Source: Anthoceros angustus
Lineage: Eukaryota; Plantae; Anthocerotophyta
DNA: 64,000 nt
Reading direction: 5' to 3'
Assembly (NCBI GenBank): GCA_010909165.1
Contig: MU008195.1
Span: forward strand, 124,001 to 188,000
Positions 51,733 to 63,653 of this stretch are shown here, one piece after another. Position numbers and translations under genes: made by a program. The notes beneath the pieces are model-generated. The model ran no database searches. It was not told where the DNA came from and worked only from the letters and a program-made list of their open reading frames with translations. Numbering within the stretch: the first letter of the stretch is position 1; each line of letters opens with the position of its first letter.

Positions 51733-52843
51733 TGTAAGAGGGGGTGAGGAGGAGCACTTGGTGGTCATCGCGTTGTCGCCGCCGCCGCCGAGCGCACTGC
51801 TGCAGTCTCGGAAGAGGGAGAGCCCCGCATTGCGCATCATCCGATTGCGCGCCCGGTGCGAATTGCCGTGAGTCGCCAGGGAGGAATTCGGGCAACCATC
51901 CCCAATCGGCCGTGGACGAAGATAGGAAAGCTAGGGGAGATAGAGGGCTAGCTGGGGGGCCCGATGGACATCACCGGAATAGGAGTGTAATAAAGACGCC
52001 CTCTCAAGGCGTAGTATAAGAGGGCAGACGCCGCTCTAGTAAAGTATCTTTCTTTTGGGGTTGATACCGCGTTATCCTTGGAGACCCTTGTGTGTCCTTC
52101 GCTAGCGTTCTCATCTTTACTTAGCCCTCATCTTTTTTCTAGTGGTTAAAACTTTGAACTAGTGAGAACCTTTTGCATCTTTTGAATCTTGAGACGTTTG
52201 GCGTGGGCCCAGCTCCAAGTGCAGACCATGCCACTCTCATTCTCGCACTGCACGCGGATCAAGAGCATTAGGTCAACAAAGATATTATTGTCCCAATGTC
52301 TAAGAAACAAAGTCTTGTAAAATTCCTAGAGCGAGAGTATAGTCTTAGGATTGACTGGTATGAATGGAAGGTTGGTGCGCAAACAGGTTTGCGCACCAGA
52401 AAGCAAGCCCTAAAAACTCTACACGTTTGTATACGACCAACACCTGGCAATGATTGCCAGGTGTTGGAGACGGTTTACATGTAAGTGCGCTCAGAAGTTT
52501 GCGCACAAATTTTGTGTCTAGTTTGAAAGAAAAAGCCGAACGAGAATGGGAGGGTCCCTGCCCTATGGGTCCACTAAGAACCCACTCTGCCTGGGTGGGC
52601 TGAGAGTGATCCTCACTCACCCCTCCCCCCTCCTGCGTCCGGTCTTCGGGGTCCGGTCTCACCTCCGGAGTCCAGACCTCAGGGTTCGGTCTCGCCTCCG
52701 GAGTCCGGACCTCGGTCCGGACCTCGGTCCGGACCTCGGTCCGGACCTCAGTCCGACTCTCGGCTGATTCACCAGGCCTTCACAGGTTTCTCAGGGGTCC
52801 GGGTTCTGCTGGACCCCTTCACATCCTATCTCCCGTTTTGCCA
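51733..52843. mobile_element. Possible solo LTR (~1.1 kb)
   Basis: TG at 51733 and CA at 52842-52843 are both flanked by CCTAC (51728-51732 and 52844-52848). There is an internal TATAAGAGGG and a 12-bp tandem CCGGACCTCGGT near 52700-52750. A 7-mer match of this kind could occur by chance. Confidence 0.35.
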
Positions 52844-53107
52844 CCTACTTGCAATCTACAATCTCAAATAACGTGTATCAAAACAATTATTCAAAAGGTT
52901 GCGGGTGGCATGTCTCGAAATACCAAAAGGCTGATTCTCTGCGGATTTTTTCAAGCCCAAAGGAATCGTACGTCCGTGTGCAAAAAGAGATTTCAGGAGA
53001 AACCCCTTTCTACACAGACGCTCTTGTATTTGAAAGTACAAACTTTGACGATGGAGCAGCAGGATATAACAGGGAGATGGAACTTAGTAACTGGGGCATG
53101 ACTAGCT

Positions 53108-53354
53108 TGTAAGGGTATTAAAGCCCAATGTACTTAGACTAATACACTTAGTCTAAGTTAGGTGTCAGTTAAGTATCATTAGTTTAGCTTAAGCTAATTA
53201 CCAGGAGGCTTCTTGCTCGCCACACCCAGGAGCTTCTTGTGGAGCTTCCTAGGAGCCTATTGGAGGTATAAATACCTCCAAGCCTCATCTCAATGAGAGA
53301 GTTACACTTGCCTCCTCCTCTCCTCTTTCCACCATGTTGCCACACGATCCTTCA
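53108..53354 (+). repeat. Copia 5' LTR (~247 bp); a near-complete second copy lies at 54201 to ~54433
   Basis: TG...CA ends; TATAAATA at about 53266; PBS-like sequence immediately 3'. Confidence 0.75.
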
Positions 53355-55190
53355 GTATCGAGCCATGGTTTGGTTGTGTTGTGATGCTAGAATTTTCATT
53401 TGTATGCAAAATTTGGCGGCCTCGTGGAATTGCAGTGATCGGATCATGGCGGCTGACGCGGCGGTGGCCGCGATGACCCGTGGCGAGGCAAGGGCACACC
53501 TCAGCGCGGTAGCTAACACCTGACCGGGCCTGGCCGTGGAGGCGTGCAGGGGCGCGAGGCCTTGGCCGTGGAGGCTTGGCAGGCGGGCCGTGCGGCACGG
53601 GCGCGGAGGCCCTCTTGACCACGGAGCACTTGGCGCAGGCCTGGCCGGCCATGGGCATCACGTGAGCGCGGCCCGTGGCTAACGCGGCCAGCGGTTGCAA
53701 GGCGCGGCCAGCGGGCGCGGGCGTCTGAGCCGCGAGCCGCGCTGCCAGCAGCGCCGCGGATCCGCAGGCGCCGCGGCAGCAGCCGCGAGGCCTTGGCCTT
53801 GGCCTTGGCCGCCGCCATGAAACCCTAGCAGCCTTAGCGTCGGCCATGAAGCGCGCCCGCAGCCGCTTGGCATCGCGCTAAGACCCCGTGGAGTGTGAAT
53901 TTGTGTCTAGGGACACCGTGAGGTCCACATTCACCCTCAATGTCGTTGTAGGCTTAGGATTCGCTCCCAAGGGAATGGTTTGTGCCAAGGCGCTAACTTC
54001 TATCGCTCGACCTTCACCTAAGTCGGGACTTACACTGCTTACTCCTCTTACCTATCTACTCAACTACTACTACCTCCCGACTTGTCTAACTACCACGGAT
54101 CTTATTCCACAACCACGAATCTTATTCCACGACCACAAATCTTATTCCACGACCGCAAATCTTATTCCGGCCGCGGTGGCTCTCACCACCTGGGTGGTTG
54201 CTTAGACTAATACACTTAGTCTAAGTTAGGTGTCGATTAAGTATCAGTTTAGCTTAAGCTAATTACCAGAGGCTTCTTGTGCTCCTTCCTAGGAGCTTCT
54301 TGTGGAGCTTCCTAGGAGTTCTATTGGAGGTATAAATACCTCCAAGCCTCATCTCAATGAGAGAGAGTTACACTTGCCTCTCCTCTCCTCTCCTCTTTCC
54401 ACCAAAGATGTTGCCACACGATCCTTCCGGCATCGCGAGCCATGGTTTGGTTGTGTTGTGATGCTAGAATTTGTCAGGCGGCGGCTGTGGAATCACGGTG
54501 ATCCAGAACGGCCATGCGAATGCCGAGGGCAGAAGGCCGTGGCGAGGCAAGGGCAGGACCTGCGCGAGCCGTGTGCGGAGGCCCCAGCGGTGGGCCGTCT
54601 GCGAGGCCTTGGCCGTGGAGGCCGTGCGGCACGGGCGCGGAGGCCATGCGGACACGGGCACCGAGCGCGGCCAGCAGCCGCGAGGCATCAGCCGCGAGCA
54701 TCGCGGCGCTGGCCTTCGCGGGCGTGCGAGGCCGCGCTGGCCACGGCGTGCCAGAAGCCGCGGGCGCTGCAGCGCGCCACAGCTGCCGGGCTGACGCCGG
54801 CCATGGCCGCCTTGGCCAACGCCGAAGGCGGCTGCCACTGTCGCAGCATGGCCTGAAGCAGAACCCCAGGGCCTGCAGACTGGTATGGAGTGTGAATTTG
54901 TGTCTAGGGACACCGTGAGGTCCACATTCACCCTCAATGTCGTTGTAGGCTTAGGATTCGCTCCCAAGGGAATGGTTTGTGCCAAGAGACGCTAACTTCG
55001 CTCGACCTTCACCTAAGTCGGGACTTACACTATTACTCCTCTTACCTATCTACTCAACTACTACCTCCCGACTTGTCTAACTACCACGATCTTATTCCAC
55101 AACCACGAATCTTATTCCACGACCACAAATCTTATTCCACGACCGCAAATCTTATTCCACTGGCTCTCACCACTCTGGGTAGTTGCTTGA
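53133..55190. repeat. ~1.07-kb tandem duplication covering the Copia LTR, leader and the first ~310 bp of the Gypsy LTR
   Basis: 53133-54200 is repeated from 54201. The junction GGTTG|CTTAGACTA sits on microhomology with GTTGCTTGACTA in the Gypsy LTR. Confidence 0.85.
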
Positions 55191-58100
55191 CTACCGAGGT
55201 GGGTCCCACGCCAAACCCTAGCGACTTATTTCTTGCAGGCGCCGCGCGGATCGCGTCAGTGCTGGTCGGACTTTATTACTCCACACTTCATGCACACACA
55301 CACCGATTCCTAGGGACCAAAGTTCCACAAATCCCTCACCGCTTCACACACACACAAAGGCGCCACACTCACACAATTTTACAAGGGCAGCTGTTTCCTC
55401 TTGTGCACTTCCACCATGACACGGTTTGGATTCTTTTGGATCACACAAATCTCCTTGTTAGTCTCTCAATTAGTTCCCTTCTCAACTCCTCTTACACCTC
55501 GCCATCTGATGTTCAATCACTCCTTCACCCAATCTTCTCTCTCTCTCTCTCCCTCAATTCGCCCAGCTTCCAACCATCCACTCAACACTTCTCTCTCAAT
55601 TTGAACACAACTACGAGAACAAGGGTGAAGGAAAGAAGAACCCCAAGCGGCGACGAGCAAGCTCGGACCGCGCCAATCCCTTGGTTTCCTCCTCCTTTGT
55701 CGCAAGATTGCTCTATCACCCCTCCTCCCCGGTTGCGCAAGCTCTCGACCACCCCTAGGAGCGTCTCGCGCACCACCTCTGTCAATCGGACGTCTCCAAC
55801 CAGCCACAGGCGTGGGGATCTCAACCAGAGTTATCGATGTGAGGGCACAACCAAGCCCCTTTATACAATTCTTTTGGGCGTCATAGCCACCGGACTTTCG
55901 AGTCCTAAAAGCGGTGAGCAGCGCCCTACAATTTGGGACCTTAGGTCCAAGATGGCATCCTATCCAAAGTTCTATTCCTAGGATGCCACTACTCCCCCAT
56001 GTTATCTCCGCACTCCCCTCCGATTTGGTCGCTTTGGCCCTTCGTCCTTTCTTGCTGAATTTATGGGTCCTCCTTCCTCGTTCGATCTGGAAAATCCTCC
56101 CATAAACTCTCCTTTGTTTTCCATGATCCCAAGTCCCAGCTCCCTCACCAATCCTCCACCTCGGACCCTCCAATGGTCCATATTTGGCCATTAGGCGTGA
56201 AATTTCAGCAACCTTGGGCGCCATGCTCCCTGCAAAACCCTCACCTTCAGCGCCTCAAATTGCTGATAACTCGCCTCGAATCTCCAATCAATCCCCGGGG
56301 TTTCTTCCTTCCAGAATCGCGAGCTCCCGCCACGGGGCTGCCCTTCTGACCTCGTGCGAGCTCGTGCCCTCGAGATCGTCTGGAGCTACCAGCTGCGCCT
56401 TGCCTTCAGGGTTCCCTTAGGGTTATATTTCCCGGAAACTCTATGCCCTTCCGCTACCACTTCTTCTTCCGACCGCTCCTTCCTTCCACCCGACCAGTTC
56501 GTAGCCGTCTTGAAACATAGTCCCTTTGATCGGCGACCACACAGTTCAACTCTGCGGTTGGTTCGACCTCTAGCCTACGGACCTCGCCAAATATGGGGAC
56601 CCCCCCCATATATAGGCCTTTTATTAAATATTCCAAGACCAAAGGCCAAGGAGTATCGAGTTCATAGTCAAGGACCGATTATTATTAACCACGAAACAAC
56701 CCAAAACTCATAGGCCAAGGACACTTTCTACTATAAATATCCCTTCCTACTCATAACCTAGCTCTTCTTGACACCAAACTTAACAAAAAAACAAAAATCA
56801 CTCAAAGACACAATCCAACAGGAGTTTCCAATACGGATCGTTTACATACTCCCTTCTCATTTGTTGGCGCCCTCGCCAACTCATGTAATATTTCTTGACT
56901 CTCCAACCGTTGACCACAGTTGGTAGTCGCCGTCTAGCTATTGGATGGAGCCATTTGCGAAAACTTCAAGGACTTTATATGGCCCCATCCATCGAAGGTG
57001 AAGCTTGCAGAAAGTGCATATATCTGTTGTCATATGGTAGGTCCAAGTCACGAGGTACCACCCACAACCTTTCTCTTCCGTCCGGTCCCTCCTTATATAA
57101 GCTGTCTCTGTGGCGGACAAATGGACTCGAATAATGCACTGAGGCATGCTGTTGTTGCCTTGAAAGGTCCGAGGGGATGCTGCCCGATTCCAGGAACTCA
57201 AATATTTCTGAATAAGTAGGCCTGGTGTATCCGGATCTCCCCTTCTCATTTACTGCCGTACCACCATCACTTGCCGTCTTCCGATTACGCGGGCTTCCCC
57301 TCCATCTCGCCATGAACAACGCTTCGCCGACAGCAACTTCCACATCATCCCACCACCTTCCACAAAGCCGTTCCACCTTCCACTCTGATGTACCTTCCAC
57401 ACAGTCACGATCAAGCTGTCACTCCATAACAACCCACCAGTGATGGAGTGGGAATGTCTCTTGATAGTCCGCTCTTCATCCGACCAAGAAATGTGGGCAA
57501 GCGGGAACTTCTCTTTCTCATCCTCCTCCCCAAATGTGTCTTCTACAGAGGTATAGCCATCTGTTTCCGTGGGCGTCTCTCCTGCGTACGTATCTCGACT
57601 CCAAGATAAACATATCCTCCCTTCCTTAACCTTGGGGTCCCAGTCGGAGGTTTGAAGCCCACTTCCTTCCTTGCCCACTTGAAGGTGCAGTGCCCCATAC
57701 ATCCACGTCCGGCCAATCAAAGCGTCATATCCGGAGCTTTACGTTTGATGACCACATAGTCCATAAGGTGCGGAATGGTACCAATATGGGTTAGAACTCG
57801 ATCGGCTCCCCACGGTGTCATCTGGACATGTCCATGAGGCAGCACCTTGGATGTGTGTTCTATCTCCAGCCCCAACTTCCGAGCTGTGTCCTCCGTCATG
57901 ATGTTGACCCCAGACCCAGAATCGGTACTTTCTTGATAACGCATCCCGAGATTTCTATCTCTGCGCTCCGCGGGACCTTGGTCGACCATGGCCACCATGT
58001 TCACGGCAAGGGCCTCGGCCTTGTTTTGGGAAGGTCGCCTCTTCTTGGGTTGTCTGCCTTCAATGCCCACCGGATCTGTGGCGGTACCTCGGATTGTCCA

Positions 58101-58580
58101 CGAGCTGTCCAAATGTTATCATGAATTTTTGGTCCATGATGGCCTCCGATTGAAAGGGCCATTGGTGTGTTCTCCCCTTCGGTGCTCCTCCCGTTTCAGC
58201 AACGCGGTAGCTCCACAGTGTCGCGGTCGTGAGCGGATAAGATGGAGTTGTGGGTGTGGCCGGTGGTCGTGTCGCTCCAGTTCCTCTCGGATCATCTCCA
58301 TGACTTCCTTCGACATCGGAAACCCTAACTCATCCTTTTTCCTTGTGGGTTTTCGCGGATCTCGCGATTCGGTTCTACATCGGCTCCTCCTTCGCACGTC
58401 ATCCCTCGTCCCGGGTTGGTGTTGAAAATAGTGTGCAAAACTTCGGTGTGGCGCCCTGCCTGCGCCCATGTCGTCATGCTCCCCTCGGCTGGCCTAGCCC
58501 CTCGGCCTCATGGTCTTGTGGTTCGGCCTCCTTCCTTCCGCCCATGAAGACGACTTCCTCCTCACCTCCGGATGTTGGAG

Positions 58581-60250
58581 GCTCCAATCTTCCTTCTTTC
58601 TTTTCTTCCCCGTTCTCCCTTCTTATGCCTTCCTCGCTCCGTGTTGAGCGCCATGGCGGGTCTCCTCATAGTACCCAGCTATCCATGTCCTCCAATCCTC
58701 AAACTTCTCGCATGTTGGCCTCGGAATCCTCCCGCCATGAGCGCGTCTTGACTTGCATCACTTTTCGTTTTGCTCCATGGGTGGGTGGGTTGCGTGCAGG
58801 GGTTGAGCAATCCTCACATGTTTTTCGGCATCGGCGGAGGACCGCCGCGTGACTTGCTTGCAATCCACACACCTCTCAAAATCACCATTCCTGGCGAGAT
58901 GAGGGGCATGCTGCAAGATGCGAATCACGGCAATTGTAACGAATGGCACTCATTTGCGGGGTTCCTTGCCATCGATTGCGAATGCCCATGTTTGGAGTTT
59001 CGTAAACTTGAGGGGTATAAAGTCTTGGTACCAGATCGGTGTCGCCTCTTGAATTTGGTATGTATCTTCCAAGCACATCTCCTCCTCCTCTTCCTCGTAG
59101 CCAGTGCACCTTCGTTTGTGGGCATTCGACCTCGAGTGCCCCTCGCTGTCACAAGTTGAGCAGAGATTCGCGCCTCCAGTAGCCCTTCTCCTCTCGTGGT
59201 CTTTTATGGCATTGAGATGAAGTTTCTCGGTTTGGCCATCATTTCCTCCATCTTGTTCCCTTGTTGCTCCACCTTTTTGGCTGATTCACCTCTCTTCTCA
59301 CACTCCGTCCTTCTTTGCATATCGCTCCTTTCCTCAGCGCGTCTTAGTTCCCACTCATTTTCGTTTCCTTCTTTCTCTCCCTTGCGCTCATCTCCAATCT
59401 TCCTTCTTTCTTTTCTTCCCCGTTCTCCCCTTAGGGTGTCGCCTTCCGCATCCGCTCCGTGTTCAACAAATGGCGGCGGTGGGTCTCCTCATAGTACCTA
59501 TCCATGTCCTCCAATCCAAACTTCTCAACATGGCCTCGGAATCCTCCCACACGCCATGAGCGCGTCTTGACGTGCATCACCGTAACGGATTTTGCTCCAT
59601 GGGTGGGTGCCAAGGGGTTGAGCAATCCTCACATGTTTTTTCGGCAACTGACAGAGGACACTGCCAGCCATGTGCCCCGATTGCTTGCAATCCACACACA
59701 GCCTCTCAAAATCACCATTTCCCTGGCGAGTTGCCGAGGGGCAGCTGCTTGCGAGATGCCCGAATCCACGGCAATTGTAGCACTGAATGGCACTCATTTG
59801 CCCGGGGTTCCTTGCCATCTGATTGCGAATACCCATGTTTGGGGAGTTTCGTAAACTTGAGGGGTATAAAGTCTTCGGGTACCCAGAAATTGGTGTCGCC
59901 TCTTGAATTTGGTATGTATCTTCCAAGCACATCTCCTCCTCCTCTTCCTCGTAGCCAGCTTGCACCTTCGTTTGTGGGCATTCGACCTCGAGTGCCCTCT
60001 GTCCACAAGTTGAGGAAGAGAGATCGTGCTCCCGAGTGCCCTTCTCCTCGTGGTCTTTTATGGCATTGAGATGAAGTTTCTCGGTTTGGCCATCATTTCC
60101 TCCATCTTGTTCCTTGTTGCTCCACCTTTTTGGCTGATTCCACCTCTCTTCTCACCGCTCCGCGTCCTTCTTTGCATATCCGCCCTTTCTGGCCTTTTGT
60201 TCCCACTCTTTTTCGTTTCCCTCTTTCTCTCCCTTCGGCCACGCTCATCC
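58581..60250. repeat. ~0.81-0.86-kb tandem duplication within the Gypsy gag (zinc-knuckle region)
   Basis: 58581-59391 is repeated at 59392-60250 (both start CTCCAATCTTCCTTCTTTCTTTTC). The copies differ by many small indels. Confidence 0.85.
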
Positions 60251-61260
60251 CCTGACGAATCTTCCTCTGAGCTGTCGCTGGTCCCTTCCTCCGTGGAACT
60301 ATCCGAGGAGTCTGCTGAGGAGCTATCTTCCTCCGTGGATCTGTCACCGGAGGATGAGGAGTACTTCTTCTTCTTGGATTTCTTCTTGTCTCTCCGGGTC
60401 CCCTTCTTCGATTTCTTTTTCCCTTCTGCGTTGGACTCCTCGTAATTTAGGGCGGCCTTGATCGCCCAATCCAAGTCTTTTCGGCCAGGCGCGTGCTTTC
60501 CCATCTCGTGACCTCTTGAACCGGCGATGCCATTGCTCCAGTGAGTCCACGATCCGTGTGGAACCTTTCCACATAAGCTGCGGTCTCCTTCTTCCCCTCC
60601 GCATCCCTCGAGTTTGGACAAGACATATCCTTCCACATCGACCCCTCAACCTTTCACAAAAGCTCTTCAAGGCCCCAAAGGTGGGCAGGGGTGTGGAAGA
60701 AGCTATGTACTCCGCTTGTACCACTTGGCCGCTCGTAGACTCCATAAAGCAGTGGGCACGTTGCGCATCCTCACGGTTGGCAAGCGTCGGCTCAAAGCGC
60801 TCGACAAACTCGTCGGGATCCTCATGGCCCTTCTTTCTCCATACAAGGTAAGATTGCTTGGTAACTGTAGCAGTGGCCATAACTACCGTGGTAGTACTTT
60901 CCAGCTAGGTAGTTGGCCACCACTATGCAGGTGGCCTCCACATTCAGTGGTTATGGCGGATCTGGCAATGGGAGATCAAAGGCGGGTGGATCGAGTACGG
61001 CCCTTACGCTTCCGTCGAGAGTTGGGAGTTGAATCGGTCGATAAGATCCATCGGAGTCGACTCCACCCTCTTGTCCGGTGATCTCCCTGTGCCTCCTCGT
61101 AACTCTCTGCAATCTTCTGCTTGGCGTTGCGCTTGCGAGCGTTTCCCCGCGTCGGATCGAATCGCTTGTCTCCGAGGCATCCATCTATCAATCTATTAAT
61201 ATCTAGACTCTTTACTTAGGCTATGGTTAGTTCTACCTACGTCCTTGACAACGATTTCAT

Positions 61261-61278
61261 TCCCCGGCAACGGCGCCA
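61261..61278 (-). promoter_or_regulatory. Primer-binding site (tRNA-Asp type) of the Athila-like element
   Basis: The reverse complement reads TGGCGCCGTTGCCGGGGA, 3 nt from the LTR end. Confidence 0.88.
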
Positions 61279-63653
61279 AAATGTGGAGTGTGAATTTGTG
61301 TCTAGGGACACCGTGAGGTCCACATTCACCCTCAATGTCGTTGTGGGCTTAGGATTCGCTCCCAAGGGAATGGTTTGTGCCAAGACTTCTATCGCTCGAC
61401 CTTCACCTAAGTCGGGACTTACACTATTACTCCTCTTACCTATCTACTCAACTACTACTACCTCCACTTCTAACTACCACGGATCTTATTCCACAACCAC
61501 GAATCTTATTCCACGACCACAAATCTTATTCCGACCAAATCTTATTCCACGCGGTGGCTCACCTCTGGGTAGTTGCCCGACTACCGAGGTGGGTCCCACG
61601 CCAAACCCTAGCGACTTATTTCGGCCTGGCGCCCGGATCCCGCGTCTACCATCGTGATCGGACTTTATTACGCCTCCACACTTCATGCACACACACACCG
61701 ATTCCTAGGGACCAAAGTTCCACAAATCCCTCACCGCTTCACACACACACAAGGCGCCACACTCACACAATTTTACAAGGAACTGTTTCCTCTTGTGCAC
61801 ACTTCCACTGCTTGACCGGTTTGGATTCTTTTGGATCCACAAATCTCTCCATTAGTCTCTCAATTAGTTCCTTCTCAACTCCTCTTACACCTCGCATGTC
61901 GTTTTGATCACTCCTTCACCCAATCTTCTCTCTCTCTCTCTCTCCCTCAATTCGCCCGCTTCCAACCATCCACTCAACACTTCTCTCTCAATTTGAACAC
62001 AACTTGGGGAACAAGGGTGAAGGAAAGAAGAACCCCAGGCGTCCTGACGAGCAAGCTCCAGACCCGCCCCGCCAATCCCTTGGTTTCCTCCTCCTTTGTC
62101 GCAAGATTGCTCTATCACCCCTCCTCCCGGTTGCGGGAGCTCTCGACCACCCCTAGGGCGTCTCGCACCACCTCTGTCATCGGACGTCTCCAACCAGCCC
62201 AGCGTGGGGATCTCAAGGAGTTATCGATGTGAGGGGCACAACCAAGCCCCTTTATACAATTCTTTTGGGCGTCATAGCCACCGGACTTTCGAGTCCTAAA
62301 AGCTTTGAGCCCCACAATTTCGGACGGCCTTAGGTCCAAGATGGCATCCTATCCAAAGTTCTATTCCTAGGATGCCACTCGCCCATGTTATCTCTCCCCT
62401 CCGATTTGGTCGCTTTGGCCCTTAGTCCTTCTTTGCTGAATTTATGGGTCCTCCTTCCTCGTTCTTGATGGAAAATCCTCCCATAAACTCTCCTTTGTTT
62501 TCCATGATCCCAATCCCTCACCAATCCTCCACCTCGGACCCTCCAATGGTCCATATTTGGCCATTGGGCGTATTTCCTGCAACCTTGGGCGCCATGCTCC
62601 TGCAAAACCCTCACGCCCCACTGCCTCGAATTGCTGATAGCTCGCCTCAGAATCTCCAACTTGGTCAGTCCCCCAGGGTTTCTTCCTTCCGATCGCGAGC
62701 TCCCGCCACGGGCCCCCCTTTTCGTGCGAGCTCGTGCCACCCTGTGGGGTCGTCTGAGCTACCTGCCGCGCCCTTGCCTTTCAGTTCCCTTAGGGTTATA
62801 TTTCCCGGAAACTCTCGATTGGCCCACTACCACTTCTTCTTCGCGACCGCTCCTTCCTTCCACGACCGCCCGAGTTCGCCAACCGTCTTGAAACATAGTC
62901 CCGATCGGCGACCACACACGGTTCAACTACCGCCGGTTGGTTCGACCTCTAGCCTTGGACCTACGCCAAATATGGGGACCCCCCCATATATAGGCCTTTT
63001 ATTAAATATTCCAAGACCAAAGGCCAAGGAGTATCGAGTTCATAGTCCAAGGACCGATTATTATTTAACCCAGAAACAACCCCAAAACTCATAGGCCAAG
63101 GACACTTTCTACTATAAATATCCCTTCCTCATAACCTAGCTCTTCTTGACACCACTTAACAAAAAACAAAAATCACTCAAAGACCAATCCAACGAGGAGT
63201 TCATACCGGATCGTTTGCAGACCCGCGCGGGGCCTTGCCCGGCGCAGCGCGCGAACCCGCGGGGCAGCGCGGCGCCCGGTGCGCGAACCGCCCGCGGCGC
63301 CAGCGAGCGGGCTCCCAGCGCGCGCGGCGGCTGAGCCGGGCGCGCGGCGCTTCGCCCAGCATAGCCCGTGGAAAGGCGCCGGCGCGGCGCGAGCGCGAGC
63401 CTTGGCGCCCGGCCGTGCGGGGTCGCGTAGTGCCGGGCGGTGGCGTGCGGTAGCGTGTATGTAATAGCGCGGCGGGTAGCACAAAGTCGTGGGGGCCGAA
63501 GGCGGTGCCGGGCGGTGGCGAAGTCGTGAACGATTCGGCGGATTACTCGGGTGGACGATCAGCGGCAAAATACCGCGGGCCGTGGTGTTGCTTTCTTCTT
63601 TGACTTTTCTAACAAAGGCAAGTCGGTGGTTTATACGTATCGATTTTTGAGTC

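Larger units (their letters stand above)
54884..63219 (-). mobile_element. Athila-like Ty3/Gypsy element, non-autonomous (gag-ZnK-protease plus integrase remnants; no RT/RNase H/integrase core)
   Basis: LTRs at 54884-56846 and 61282-63219 (~1.95 kb). PBS TGGCGCCGTTGCCGGGGA on the minus strand (61261-61278; Athila-type tRNA-Asp PBS). PPT GAGAAGGGAGTA at 56847-56858 (minus). Zinc knuckle CYNCRGFGHLASSC, protease DSGSGVNIM, integrase C-terminal KLHLRWMGPYKV. TSD GACCC at 53882-53886 and 63220-63224. Confidence 0.9.

Noticed and set aside
52849-53112. 87-aa ORF ending at the Copia LTR as the pol end of an upstream Copia
   Set aside because: No RNase H motif (e.g. KHID, ADxLTK) is recognisable and no polypurine tract precedes the LTR.
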